Position numbers and translations under genes: made by a program
Notes under the pieces: generated by a model
Seen by the model: the letters and a program-made list of their open reading frames with translations, nothing else
What the model was told of the DNA's origin: nothing
Databases searched by the model: none
Shown: positions 27,592-41,439 of the stretch, piece by piece
How positions within the stretch are numbered: position 1 is the stretch's first letter
How the letters are laid out: each line of letters opens with the position of its first letter
Assembly: GCA_036172245.1 (NCBI GenBank)
Contig: JAYWIR010000026.1
Location: forward strand, 1,240,001-1,304,000
Direction: 5' to 3'
Length of the DNA: 64,000 bases
Origin: Raillietiella orientalis
Lineage: Eukaryota

Positions 27592-28737
27592 ATGGAAGAT
27601 AGTGAAAACTTATACATCAAAAGATCAACAAAATTCTGTGATGCCGTGAATCATGCAAATCACAGTGAGTCGAACTTTAAAAGGCACAAAAAGCCAACTC
27701 TTCAGTTATACAAGCCTCCAAATCGAAGAGACACTGAATTGTTAAAAGTGGATGAATATTATCAGGAAAAGATTTCTCATTCCTGTGACTTGGATTTAAA
27801 TAATAGCAAAGCTATGTGCATTGCACAAAATTCCAGATGTACTAATGATGGCTTTCTTGATAACAAAATCAAGTGTAAAAAGCCTGATTTACCTATTTAT
27901 GTTCCTCGTCCCAAACTTCAAAATTCTGTAAATTCCTGTTGCACTGAAAAGAAAGCACATAATACTAAACAGTCAAGTGACGAAAATGTAGATATGTATA
28001 TGCAAGCAAATGCAAAATCAGTGCATGTTCCTGATAAAGTGAAAAGTAAGTATTTACTAGGAAATACTAACTTTCTAATAAATTGAAATTGTATCAGGAA
28101 ACAAAAGTAACATTTATTCTACGAAGGAAAATACTAGTTGTAAGAAAAATAATAAATCATGTAATAAAATTGAAGAACATCCAACAAACAAAACCTCACA
28201 GTCAAACAAGAGCAACAATCATAAAAAAATGAATGAAAGGAATTCTAAAGATCGTAATGAGAATAAAGAAAAATCTTTGTTAATAGATAGTGCAGAAAAA
28301 AGGCTTTCAATCAAACCATTACTTTCGCTGAATATTGAAAAGCCAGTTGATCAGAGTGATTGTTTTAAATCAAAATTAACAAGCAAAAATAATTCATTCA
28401 GTAAATCAGCATATGAAAAAGCAAGTAAAAAAAGAAGCCTTACTGATTCTGAAAGATTAATGCAAAATCGTTTGGGAATAATAAAAAACCTGAAATCTAG
28501 TGAAACTCCTGAAAAAGAAATTGCTATTAGTTCTGAGACTTTGGAGAATTCTAGAAATGGTTTGTCTCGTGATTATAATGTTAAATCATTTAACGCTAGA
28601 GAAGCAAAAAATGAAAATAACTTTCAGCAACAAGAGAAAATAAATCAAACTCAGCAAAAATTAAACAGCAGTATTACTCAAAGTAAGTGTAAGGTTTCCA
28701 CTAGTAAAGCAGCCACTGAAGACAAACTTCGGAATGG
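27592..28737 (+). CDS. SMG6: SMG6 exons 1-2: low-complexity N-terminus with two EJC-binding motifs
   Basis: [14 protein letters not shown] (27688-27729) and [13 protein letters not shown] (27877-27915) fit the SMG6/UPF3 EBM pattern [KR]PxxxxYxP. A 52-nt intron (28046-28097) joins two ORFs in frame. Confidence 0.8.
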
Positions 28738-31700
28738 GTAAGTGAAAGCATTAAAACCAGTTGTTTGTGTACATTACAGAAATTGCTTTCATTTTGGATT
28801 CTTGGAATAAAATGCATCCTTGCCAATAAATAGAGATTCAATCATTTAGAAATATCATGTAAATTGTTTTAGTGCTTTTTCATGTTCCATGACTTTTTGC
28901 CATTTATTTTTAAAGGATGAAAAAATTAAGGAATTCCAGAATCAGTCATTTAATAGACATAGATGGAAGTGAACTACAAGAGATTAGTAAAGTCTGAAGT
29001 CTAAAGTCAGAGGTGTGGAAATAGAAATGTAACTGTCAGTCATAGTTTTTAAAACTGTAATATTGAAATTATAAGGCAAAAAGTTTAAAGGCACATTAAA
29101 AGGCACTTCATTAGCTTCCTTTCAGTAATAAAGTACTTTCTATTCGATAATTCATAAAAAAATTTAATTTTGAAATGAATAAAATTGTAGTTTATGTTTA
29201 AGATTACATGATATTTATGTGTGTTAAATTTGCAAATGAGCATTAAATCCTGATTTATTTGCACATTCATTGTCAGTAATAGTATGAAATATGTAATTGA
29301 AAAACATTTAATTTCATAATTTTTAGTTTGGTTAATTTTATGCAGTGAATGTAACTGAAATAAAGTAAATCAGCCTAAAGTGCAATCATCCATTTCACTT
29401 CAATTTCATTTCACCTTATTTATCTAGTTTATTGACAGTTCTTTCTGTTAATAGTTAGTTATGGCAAGTGTTTTAGGGTTGTTGCATCTTCAGATGGTAG
29501 ATTGCAAGTAAATTTAAAGTTTTCTGTATATGTGATTATTCATTTTTTGATTGTAAGAGTTCAGAGCTTTGTGTTTAAATTATATTTGTATTTACAGAAG
29601 TTCTTGTCTTAGTTTGTACTTTTATTATTGTCAGAAGCTAAGGATTAGATTTTTCACTCTTTGGAAAATCATGCTTTTAGTTAACTGATGAATTTTGTCA
29701 AAATAAATACTGCTGCATATCTTTAATTTTCGTAACATGAGTAAACTTGTACAACACAAATATTAGGAAAGGCAAACACATTCCATTTATGAATCATAAT
29801 GAAATGATTGAACTGTAAGTTCTGCTTTAGTTAGCTTGACATAATTAAGGAGCACAAGTTTTGTGAGTAATAGTATAGGTTTACAAATATGTGACCTGTT
29901 CAACATGCATCTTTCATTAAAAAAGGGAAAAAAGAAGAAAATGGGAAAATCAAAATCTGTCATTCTCATTTATTAGCTTTTTTCTGGTTCATTACTTTAA
30001 TATAATGATGGCTTATAATATTATTACTTGATTGATTGTTGCAAAAATCAGTTATCAGTCATTAAGTGTACTGTAAATTGTAAAGTATTTATTTGAATGA
30101 CATTGGAGTTTGGTTTCCATTTTTTTCACACAAGATAAAATAAAATGAAAATTTTATCTTTATGCTGCGTTTAGTTTGGATTCCATTATTTCAGTTCTTG
30201 CCATTCGAGATTTTTAAATTTAATTCTATGAAGGTGGTGCCTTGTCTTTGAATTTAGTTCAGTATGCTATTGGAATTGGTTTGCAATAGTTGTACACTTC
30301 TCATTCATTTGTGATAGATTCTGAATTTCCTTTAAAAAGAGTTCGTTTTTGGTTATTTTGGTGTTCTTATTATTGCATGCATTTGAATTTTTTTAAAGAT
30401 TTTCGAATAAATGCATTGAATTTACTGTTGTTATAACTTCTCAGTATTCAATATGGAGCATTACTCAGTCTTATTTAGTTTCCTGAATTTTAAAGTGTTT
30501 CCCAAGTGAAACACAAAATAATGAAGTTTTCATCAAATTCTGCTTTTCTATATGCATCATTTAGATAATCATTTCTTATGTTAGTATTTCCGAGAAACAC
30601 TCTGTGTCTCATATGGAAGATGACCATTCAAGTGATCCCATACTGAACTGGGCAGAAGAAATGGAATTAATGGATAAACTACAAAATGCCGGTAGTGCTT
30701 CTGATATTGCTGGTGATGACAGTGTGAAACCAGATATCAAGTAAGATAGTTTAGTTGATAGGTACTCAGAATTGATGCAACTTTTATTAAAATCCTAACT
30801 TTTGGTCCTTATAAAGAGTTTTTTATCACAGCGTTTTGTTGCTAGAAATCATGTGGAAGGAACAACTGAAAAAGTTGTTGCCAAGGGTGGCCTTCTTTTG
30901 CTTCCACAACGAATTTCAACATCCAGCTCACTTGGAGATCCAAAATACAAGATCCCAAAGTATCCCATACATTCTGCACCTGCATCCCAAGATAACTGTA
31001 AGCAGTTGTTTGATCCTCGAAATCCACGGAATCCTGAGATTGTTGCTGGAATTGCATCTCGCAAGTCATCTGGGTAAGCAGAGCCTGTTTGTTGCTTGCA
31101 TGTATTCTGCTCTTGCATAGGGTAATGCATGGCATGAATGGTTGTCCTACACCTCCATATGGATATCCAGCAGGCCTCTGGATGCCTCCTATTAGTCCAA
31201 GGTAAGCAATTCATCACTTAGAATATGTGATAATTCTTTCCCTTAGTAAGAAAGTGTCACTGGAATTGCTATACTGGTTGCATCGGGGAGAGCAAGACAT
31301 GCAGTGTTTTCTGAAAAGCCGAGAGTCATTGGCTTTATGGGAACAGCAACAGCATCTGAGGTCAGTGCAGTCTTTCTTGGTCAACTTATAAGGTATGTCA
31401 TTTTTAGGGAATGCATGAAAGGATGGTTCCTAGAAGTGATGGTTTCTGATCTGGAATTCTGTGAGCAACATAATGTGGAGCAAATGATGTGGAAGTGTCT
31501 TTACTACCAACCCATTGAGTTATTGCGCCAAATGATGTCTGAAGGTTCAGAACCAGAAATTCAGGAAAATCTTATGCCAGAATTAATCCAAGATGTGAGC
31601 AATTGTGGACTAAAGTGCGTTCATAATCCAGGGATTTTAGGCCGAGAATTATCTCAAACAGCTAGTCAGTATGCTACAGGAGAAGCATCAATTTGATCTA

Positions 31701-34700
31701 GAGCAATTCTGTAATCCAGAGTCAGGCAGACGGGCTCGTGGTAGTTTAAGGTTTGCTCTTGTCTGTGCTCAAAAATTATTACTGTATCTCGGTGATCTTG
31801 AACGATATCGAGAACAGCTTAATGGTGATGAGAACACAACTTATGGTGGAGCCCGCAGGTAGGTAGAGATCATTGCTTTTCATTAGAATCTCTTGCCTTT
31901 ACTAGTTGGTATTTAAAAGCTCAAAGGCTCAATCCCAAGAATGGACGCCCATATAATCAACTGGCCCTGATTGCCCTGTATAATGTAGGTGTATGTCTCC
32001 CTTGATTCTCAAGTTAATTCTGCAGTTGTAGCGTCGTAAATTGGATGCTGTTTATTTCTACATGCGCAGTCTGATGTCCTCTAATCCATTTCAGTCAGCA
32101 AGAGAGAGTCTTCTCTCCTTGTTTCATGAGGCATCTATCAAGGTAGTGAGGGGAAAAGCAGGGAGTGGTGCACTCTTTTTATTATTGCAGTGGGAACGTT
32201 TAAGCAATGAGAAAAAGACCGAAGATCCACCTGTTGCATCTCAAACAACAAGTCAGGTTCGAAAAGAAATTTGGATCCGCCCGGATGGAGGCAGTTGGGA
32301 GCAAACAATGAGTGCAGCTGTACTTCAGAAACAGCAGCAGCAACAGGAAGAAGAAGACATTCCTCAAGGAGAGGTAGATAGCATCAAATTTTACAGACAT
32401 TGATTTATATATCTTTCAGCTGCATCGTCATCTCATCCTTAGTTTTCTGCATGTCCACAGCAAGTTATACACCAGAGTCAAGTGAGTTGGACAGAGAAGA
32501 CTAAGAATCCTTAATGTGAATGCTTGTAGCATGGAAACGTTTGCTGAAGTCAGCATTCAGATGTTAAAGCAATTCCGGGCCCTTTTGCAATTCAGTCCTA
32601 TGTCTCTTACTCCCCTGAGGCTGTTGCAGCTGCTGTCCCTCAATATGTTTGCTATTGACAACCACAATTTGAAAGGTAACTGTTTTGATTTTCATAACAT
32701 ATTTTCATGATAGGGAACGATATGAAGAACCATTATTCTTTTAGTAACTGATTGTTTTTCAACTATTAAGATGTGGTGTGTGTTATGTTGTGTAGCAAGT
32801 AAGTCTTGCTTGTGTTCTTCTAGCAGGCTAACATTTTTAGTTTGGTATCTTGGAGCAATTTTTTTCGACATTCTTCTCTAAGGCATTGTTGGGCAACTTG
32901 TAGATAAGGAAAATTTGCAACATTCAGTTTCACTGTTCTTATTGCTGACACAGCAGCTAAATCTGCTCCACATGTGTTCTTCAAGAACCAGTTGTAGGAT
33001 TTTTTTTTGTGTTTGCCTAGACTCTGCATGACAGTTTCATACCAACCCAAATTCCGCGATTCAAGTTGAAAAAGGGTTAATTTAGAGCAATAGCTGATTT
33101 GTTCGGTATGAAAAGAGATACACTTTAGAGGAGTGTTAAACCGTTCAACATTTCTCTGCAATCAGTCATGCAGAAAATTAGTCTGCTATTCCAGATGCTC
33201 ATCTAACAGCATTTTGCAGTCAAACTTGCGTTGTCAATAAGTGCCATTCAGTTATCTTTCAAAATGCAAATTAGATGTTTTCGTATTATTAGTATTAACT
33301 TTTCCACAAGGGCTACGGATATAATATTAAGAATATTCGTAAATCCGACCGTGTTCGGTTGTTGGTAATTGAGTACGGTGAATTTCCTGCGATCAGTGTT
33401 TCTCAGAGAAAGAAAAAAAAACACACACACCGGTGAGATGAGCTGAAAAGATGTATTTGACTGTGCATATTCAACTCGAATACCCGTTTCATTTGATTAT
33501 TGACTTTGCTTGAACAACTGGATGTCTATGTACAAATTCGTTTGGTTTTATGTAAGATGTCATCTGCATGCGTTGTGCCATCCCCGGACGACGCAAGAGT
33601 GGCAAACAGCCGTACCGACGAAAGGACGAAGGCAGTCGAAATTTCCGGTTGACTTTGCGCTTCTTAAATACCGTACCTTACGAAAAGCGAAAGTTGCGGC
33701 ATACACTATCGCGAGTGCATTGCGTGTACAGATTATCTTAATCGAGGATCGTTCAATCACTTCGCATCTCGAAGCGTTTACCAGTACATTCGAAAAGTGA
33801 AACAGGTAAAAGAATCAAGAAATGGATTCTTTTCGAAATTTGGCATGTCGTTAGCATAAATTTCATACTTAATGGATTCCTCGCCTTTTCACTTCCTTGT
33901 GCTTATGTTTATGTACATGTTTTATCGAGAATCTTTTTTTTGCATGAATATTTATAGGTCTGTGTACGTTGGAAGCCTTTTCCCACTTGTATCTGTTCGA
34001 AGCTCGAGCAGTCGATGTTAGCATCATCGCAATGCACTATCTGTGTGAGGAACATCTGCCTTGCTCGTCTGTGTTTACATCATTTTAGAAGGGTCGACCT
34101 TGCTCATAGTGGGAGCAAAATGCACGGCGCGGCACAGTGTTTACGTGCTCACCGTGCCGTGGGCATCTTTCTAGAGAATCGTTGCAGTGTGTCCTGCCCG
34201 TGTTGCGAGCCAGGGATTGACAACTGCCTTTACCTTTGGTGGCAGCTGTTGTTATTATTATTATTATTATTATTAGAAAGCGTGTCTGTGTAATAAGATG
34301 AAAGCTTTCGAAAGGCCGTAATTAAAGAAGTAATGATTAAAAAAGAAAACAAAGAAACAGCGCGACGCGACGCGGAAACCGCGCGTTTACCTTGTACGTG
34401 CTGTTCCGCATGGGACCGTCATTTCCCTGGAAATTCCAGGATAAACAAACGTGTTCGAAGTGGGCATGCTGCATGCGTGGTGCTGCTTCCCTGCTTGAGG
34501 GAATCTCTGTCGTAAATGGAGAGGCACTTGATTTTATTTCCTAGACTGCGTTTGCGCGCTTTTACTGCCTTCGTCTTCTTTCAAGGGATTAACAGGGAAT
34601 TAAAAGAGAAAAACGTGAATCACGAGGGAGTGATCCCGCCTGCTTGTCTTCGGTCATGAAGCTTTTCGGGTACAAACGCCCGTAAACAGGAAATGTGTTC

Positions 34701-36596
34701 TTCCTTCTCGCTTCTGGAGCGTCCAGAAGCAAGCATTCCTCTGACGGTTGCTCTCCAAGCGTGTTTGTCTGTACTCACGTATCCTGTGCGCACTTTCTCT
34801 TTAAACTCAATACACTTCCAGATTACTCGGTACACTTTGAGCAGATTCTCTGCCCCGGATGCAGATGCTGCGGTATCTGTCTTCCTGCTGCTGTGACATG
34901 CAGCGATTTCTTCGCATTGCTTTTCACAGAATCCAGCATGGGTTGGAAACGACTCAAGTAACGAGTTCATTCGCTTTCAATCCACTTGGTGAAGATGCTG
35001 GGCAATGCTGCCTCTGAATTTGCTCTTTAGAGATTGCCCGTTAGAATGGCCACGATTTCTCAGTGGATTCTATCTAATTGCCAGTTGCACAAGAACACCG
35101 AATGTCAAGAACGTAATAGCATGCCTTTTACTCATTCTTCATCGGAACCTGTCTTTCTAAATGTTTAAATGGGCTTCGCAGACTATTCGAGGTTTCGGCT
35201 TAGGGATTCTCATGGGATTCCTTGTGTATCTGGTGGAGCTGTGAATCAGTGGGCAAGATTTCTGACTTCTTGTCTTGGTTGCAGTTTAACGGTTCTCCCA
35301 GGAAAAGTCAGTCTTTCTGCTATTACAGGTTCACGATCGCTTCCACGAAGTGATCTCGATAGCCCATCACTTTGCATAAAACTTGCTCTGACGACCAAGA
35401 AATGAAAAGTTCTCGTCCGTTTATGTCGCAAATGTGAAAAACAAGGTAACGGTGATTGGATTGCTCGAAGTCTCGTATTTTCCCATGCACATTTTATGGA
35501 CATGAGAACGTCGAGCATTGAGTTCACTGTCCCGTGACAACGAACCGAGATGTGTTTCTGCATTCGCACGGGCATACAAAGTCAGATCTCTCTGTATCAC
35601 CATCCTGAGAAAGAAGTCAGTCTGTTATTATCCGTTTTCCGGTGTATTGGCCCTCTTCGAATGCACCTCCATCGTTAACAGTACTCCAATCCCAAATTAA
35701 GAGAAACTGAAGAAATCTTGACACTTGAGAGCGCCTCAGCAGCTGTATCGCAGCGTGGACAGTCATTTGTAATTATCGTAGATCGCTTGAAGCTCATGTA
35801 ACTCCGGTTAAATTGTCTGCTCGTTTCTAGGCATGTCGATCGTATCCAGTCTTGTGAGTTCATTGGTCTTCTGTACTCATCGTAAGAGAAGTGCGAGTTG
35901 GCTGTGAATGCATTGCGGAAATGCATTACGAACCATACAGTTATCCACTTGGCATCTGTTCTCTTTCGTGGTCATCTTGCTGATCCCCTGATCACTTTCT
36001 GATTCATTCATTTCGGTTATTTTTCGGATCGTAAAATCTCAAGTTTTCGTGTATTAGGAATATGCTCAGGAGGTTCGTGCAAGAAAAAAAGGTAACTGTA
36101 TCGGAACCTGTTCCAAAAGGTCATGGGAAAGCTTAATCCACTGCAAGCATTATATTCTTACAGTGCTGCGTTGATTGCCCATTTGAATTCTTTTATTTTC
36201 TTCACGAATGGTTGGACAGTGGCCGGCTGTCTCGAAAATGAGCAAACTTCAAAATGGGACCTGCGAGGTTTTCCAGAAATCGATGTTGCGTGTTCGAAAA
36301 CAAGCGTTTGGGTTTTCCCTTATGGTGGACGCTCTACTTCCATGTAACCAAAACAGACACTGTTTTGCGTTCGTCATCACAGTGGACCTCGTCTATAACA
36401 GCCGAAACTCTTTTTTTTTTCCTGCGTACTTTGCTTCCCTCTCAGGAGCACCTGCTATCGAAAGGGAAAGCGGACGTCCGAAACACCGTGCAGCACTGCG
36501 GAAGCGGGAGCTGCAACCCGGTTAGGAAAAGGAAGCATCTGCGTACGAAGCAAAGTGTTGAGAAACGTTAAGTGTTGGATTAAATCCACCGCTCGG

Positions 36597-36630
<34 letters not shown>

Positions 36631-39600
36631 ATGAGAATGAGAATGAGAATGAGAATGAGAATCTGCGTCCCAGGACCGCAGCGAAGCATCCGTTGCGCCC
36701 TGTGAAGGAATCCCATCGGTCTGTATTTCCGTAAATCCCCTGTGATTTGTTCTGCTGGTCCCGTGGACCCTTCCTGCTGCTTTTGTTCGGCGGCGCTGCC
36801 TCGTATGAAGTATGGTGGAGACTCCGCCGGCGGGTTTGCTGCCGTTTCCTTGCGGGGAACCTCCGTCCGTCGCTTGGTGCTCTTGTCCCGCGGAAAGGAA
36901 GAAGAAACGCCGGAAAGATTCTTTTCAGTGCAGTGTCTTCCTCTTCAGCGCACTCTCAGTACCTCTGTTTGCAACGGCATCTTCTTAAGCGGCGTAGCGT
37001 AATATTTCAGGGGCAGTTTCTTAAACAGGAGCGTTTTTTTTTTCTTTCTTTTTGTTTTTTACCTTGTTGCCAAGTGGAAAATACAAGCTTAGGAATCCCA
37101 TGTCCATGTTGGAACGATCTTTATTGTTTGTTAACACAGACTTTCCAGTGCTTCAGTGTAAAGCAGGCAATGAAGCGACAGCCCTTTTTTTTTTTTTTTC
37201 TTCTTTTTTTCTTTTTTTTTTTTTTTTCGTTTTCTTTTTCAGCGGAATGCCGCTATTAACCTCGTGGGCTGGAATTGAGTTCTTCGAATCCTCAGCGATG
37301 AATAATGCCTTGCCGTTTATCGGTCCGTAAACTGCGGCGCATTATTTGTCGCCACCGCGAAAGTGATTTCGCTGTATAGACGAAGAGATCGGTTTTTCCT
37401 GTATTAGAAATTCATTTTGCCTTTAAATCGATGCGTAATTGCCATCGCGGAACCACACCCTTGTTTTGATCACGAAGGACTATCGTTGTTTCACATTCAA
37501 AAGAATAAGCAGGATTCTGTCTTTAGATTCCACGAACCGTCTGGACAGCTGCAAGTATCGCAGCCCGTATCAGGAGAATGCTTTGGACGTATCGATGGAA
37601 ATGTTCAACTTGATCTTGGAGAGATGCAATGCCATTTTGGAGGATACTAGCGTGTCCTTGGCTTCCTTCGAGCAAGGGCTATCCACTGACCTGCAGACCT
37701 TGTTATCTGCCATAAAGGTAATTTTTGCCGATGGAAAGGCGAAGCAACGAAAGGGGAATTCTTGCCTGTTGGTAGATTTGGTGCGACTGGCTGATATCCC
37801 ACCAGTCCATATGGAACTGGCCTCCAACCAACCGGGAGCTCAAAGTCAGGTATTCCCCGTTTCTTAACGTTTGAAATGGAACTTAGAGAAAAGGGATATA
37901 GCTCCACAGGTGCCGACATCTGGGAACGCTTCGCCCGTCTGATAAATCTTCTGTCTTCCCGCGATTCGGAATTGCCCGATGTGAGTTTCCATCACGATGA
38001 GGCAGAGGCAATGATCCCCATTCGTTTGCCAGAGGATATTGCTTTGGCGGGTTTCACCCCGCTGATGACTTGCTCTTTCGACGTTGTCTTCGTACCTGAA
38101 GGCTACGATCCTGTAAGTCGGACCGCGGCTGTTGCTTCATGCAGAGAATTTTTCAGGAGTTCTCCAAATGCCGCTACCGCGTCAATAAAATCTTGTTCTG
38201 TGGAAGAGAGTACCTCTGCGGACTCGAGCCTCCCGTTTTAAAATACGAGAGGGTTCGCGATGAGTATGTGTCTGTATTATCGTCCTTCATGGAAGATCTG
38301 ACCGAGTCTTCTCTCTCCGTGAGTGTCGGGATCGATTTCACTTTTCTCTGCATCGTCCCCCATCCAGTCCGAAACAGAGTTAGCCGGGAAGGGTTCCGAG
38401 AAGGAGGAAGAGGAGGAAGCTGACCAGAGCGATAGCGATCAGGAAGAGGACGTTCTTCAGCAACCGCAGGAAAAGTTGTCGGAGGAGATGCTGCACTTGC
38501 AAAACAAAAAGCGTCAACTCCAGCGTTGCCACCGTAGGCAGGAACGTCGGCGGCGGCGTGTCCAGGTAAGACTGGCGGGCTATGCCCCTGGCAGGTCGAA
38601 ACACACGCACTGAAGATGGCGATGTGCGCAGTACCGCCTGCAGGTTCTGCGGATCTCCCGTGTCAACGCGTGGGAGGGTTTCGTTCCCTAACGAGAATCC
38701 CACATCTTTTCCGGGCGCGTTCTGCCGTCGGTCCCGCGGAAGTAGCTGCCGAGTGCCAGCGGGTGCCGACGGTTCGGGATCTTTCCTTTTTCCTTCATAT
38801 CTTCTGCTGAACTTTCTCCACAGAGTGGGCGAGACCCTCGTCGTCACTCGGAAGACTTGAAGAAAGCGTTAAAAGGCGACCTTTCCGTTTCCTCGCTACA
38901 GTAATCTACTTTGAGCTCTTGAGAAAGGAAAGCCTATCCTGTACATCCTTTCTAGAAAGTTTGTTCTCGGTGTGCGATTCGTCGAAACGGATTATCGTTT
39001 TTGTGAAGAATATTGGTATCTCTGCCTGCAGTCTCCTTTCTCAGCAGCGGATGTTAAGTGTTCCATCACTCATACTTCCATAGTGTGTGCTGTCTTTCGT
39101 TGATCGGACCGCGCCCATCTTTTATGATACTTGTTGTCGGTCGCATTTGAGATTTGCAGGGATCTGTTTTCCGTTCCTTTCCGTTCTTTCGCGTGATGGA
39201 TTCCGTATTTGCCCCTTTTTGACTCCGCGTTCAGTCATTCCCGGAACAGTGAGATTCTTTCCAGGCCATTGTACGGGACATGGTAACCGTGGAAATGGAA
39301 GTGCGCCCGCGCTACTTGGTCCCAGATACCAACTGCTTCATCGATTATTTAGACAAGCTGATGCACCTGATAGACGCTGGTCCTTACATCTTATTGGTGC
39401 CACTTACAGGTATTGATAGCCCTTCTTTCCCAGTAGATGACCTTTTGCATCCATCCTTCCCTTTCCAAAGCTCCCGTTCCTCCCCCGAAAGCGTGCCTAT
39501 CTCGAGCTCAGTTATCACCTTGCCTCGCGTTTCCAAATTGTGCGAGAACTTCGATCGTCGCAAGCGTGTGGCTTCGACCATGAGGCCGAATCCGGAAAAA

Positions 39601-41302
39601 TCCAGGAACCCAGCAATGTTGGCGATTCCGAAAATTCCTTGATTGGTATTCAGCCATTCCCGTGCATGACAGGAATCACGACATTTGAAGGGCTCTTTCT
39701 GTGCTCGAGTACGGGTCAGAGGCAATCCGGAAACCCGAGATCCAACCTCCGCGTTCTCGGCGAGCTTGCATGTGCATTTGTCCCCTCCGTTGCGTCGACC
39801 GGGATGACGGCCGATGATGACGATCGCGGCTGTTGTCTTGGTAGTCCCAAAGAGTGGAAGGAGCGGTTGATTCCAGAGCTCGTTGGATCCCTCCCATCCC
39901 GAGACTTCCGGTACCTCCTTCGCAAGTCCTAAAAGTCCGGGGGGAACGTCTCGGGCAAGAAGAAGGCGGAATCTGCGGGAGGAGTAAAGCGGACGGTTTC
40001 GGTGGCGGTGTTCCATCAGCGGGGCTCCGGGGTCCCCACAGAAGGCGCCGGCGGTGAACCGTTTCTCGCTCAGCATCCACGGAACGTGGGAGCGCCAGCT
40101 GGGGCACTCGGACCCGGAAACGCCTCAGAAACCGTATCCCTACAGAAGCGCCGCGGGACTGTCCGGTGCACGTACAACCTCGCCTGCATCTTTCGCCCGG
40201 CGGGGTCGCATCCGATTGCACGAGTTGTGCTTTCACAATGGACGAGCACATGCTGAGGTGGACACGCTGGTGCTTTGAAACGCGCACACCGTCTGCATTG
40301 CGTAATCTTCGTATTTTGTGTAACTCCTACAAGGCGCTTACGCGAATGTGCGTCAGGTGCGTCGCGCACGTGTTGCAACCGATATTTGTGGAATTCTGCG
40401 GAACGTGTTGTTTCGCCGGGAAACGCGCGAGTTGGGAAATGCACGCCGCGACACCCTCTTGCAGGCCTCGCCCACCGCTGGTGTTTCGTGTGCGACTCGG
40501 GAGGAGCGTCGAGGCCGCATCTCGTCCTGCGGTCAAGGGAGATTCCGAATCGAGGGTGCACCTCCCTGCGCCTCGGTCAACGGGGATTCGCGTGGTTCGG
40601 ATGGGATGCTGGAAGAGAGTAGGGGGAGCGGTATCGTAGAGGGAAGAGTAGAGAAGGAATGGATTTTTTGTTTTTTTTTTTTTTTAATCGCATTCTGTAA
40701 AATGAGGAAGGACGGAATTTCTGGATAGGTTCATTGGCAGGGGCAATGCCGAAAGTAATTTTGTGTTTTGAGGTGGATGTTTTTTAATTAAATTGTTTGG
40801 CCGGAGTGAGGATTGAGCAGACGCTGGCGAAATGGGATACTGCAAGTGTTGGTGAATGACGCTAACATAGTGGGTCGGCGTAGTAGGGACGACTGTGCTT
40901 CCGTTTTTGGAGTTGTGCTTACCGAGGGAAAGGAGATCATCAGAGTTCCGCTTTTTAAAATATGTACTTTGTAATATCTATTCGTCTAAGATTATCAGCA
41001 TGCGGTATGATGTGGGATTTGCTTTGACCGTCGTCCATTATGGAATGAAGTCTATGATGTACGTGAGATCTATAGCTGTACATCGATCGTTATTTAACTC
41101 TTCGTTTTGTATGCATATTTATGTAATGTTTCGTAGCAGTTTAGTAGTTTGGTGGAGGCGGGGGGGGGGGGACTCGGCGAGGGGATGGCGTTTTCTCGAG
41201 AAACAGCGTAAGTTCATATGAAACATATCGGAGAGAGAAATCGGCAAGAAGGACAAATGTTTATGTTCTTTGGATTTTCACATCAAGTTTGAATGTGTTG
41301 TG

Positions 41303-41334
<32 letters not shown>

Positions 41335-41370
41335 ACACATTCAAACAGAAAAAAAAAAGAAATAAAGATC

Positions 41371-41439
<69 letters not shown>

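Noticed and set aside
33070..33140. [14 protein letters not shown] resembling a PIF/Harbinger transposase helix-turn-helix
   Set aside because: Single short match, with no DDE region or TIRs seen.
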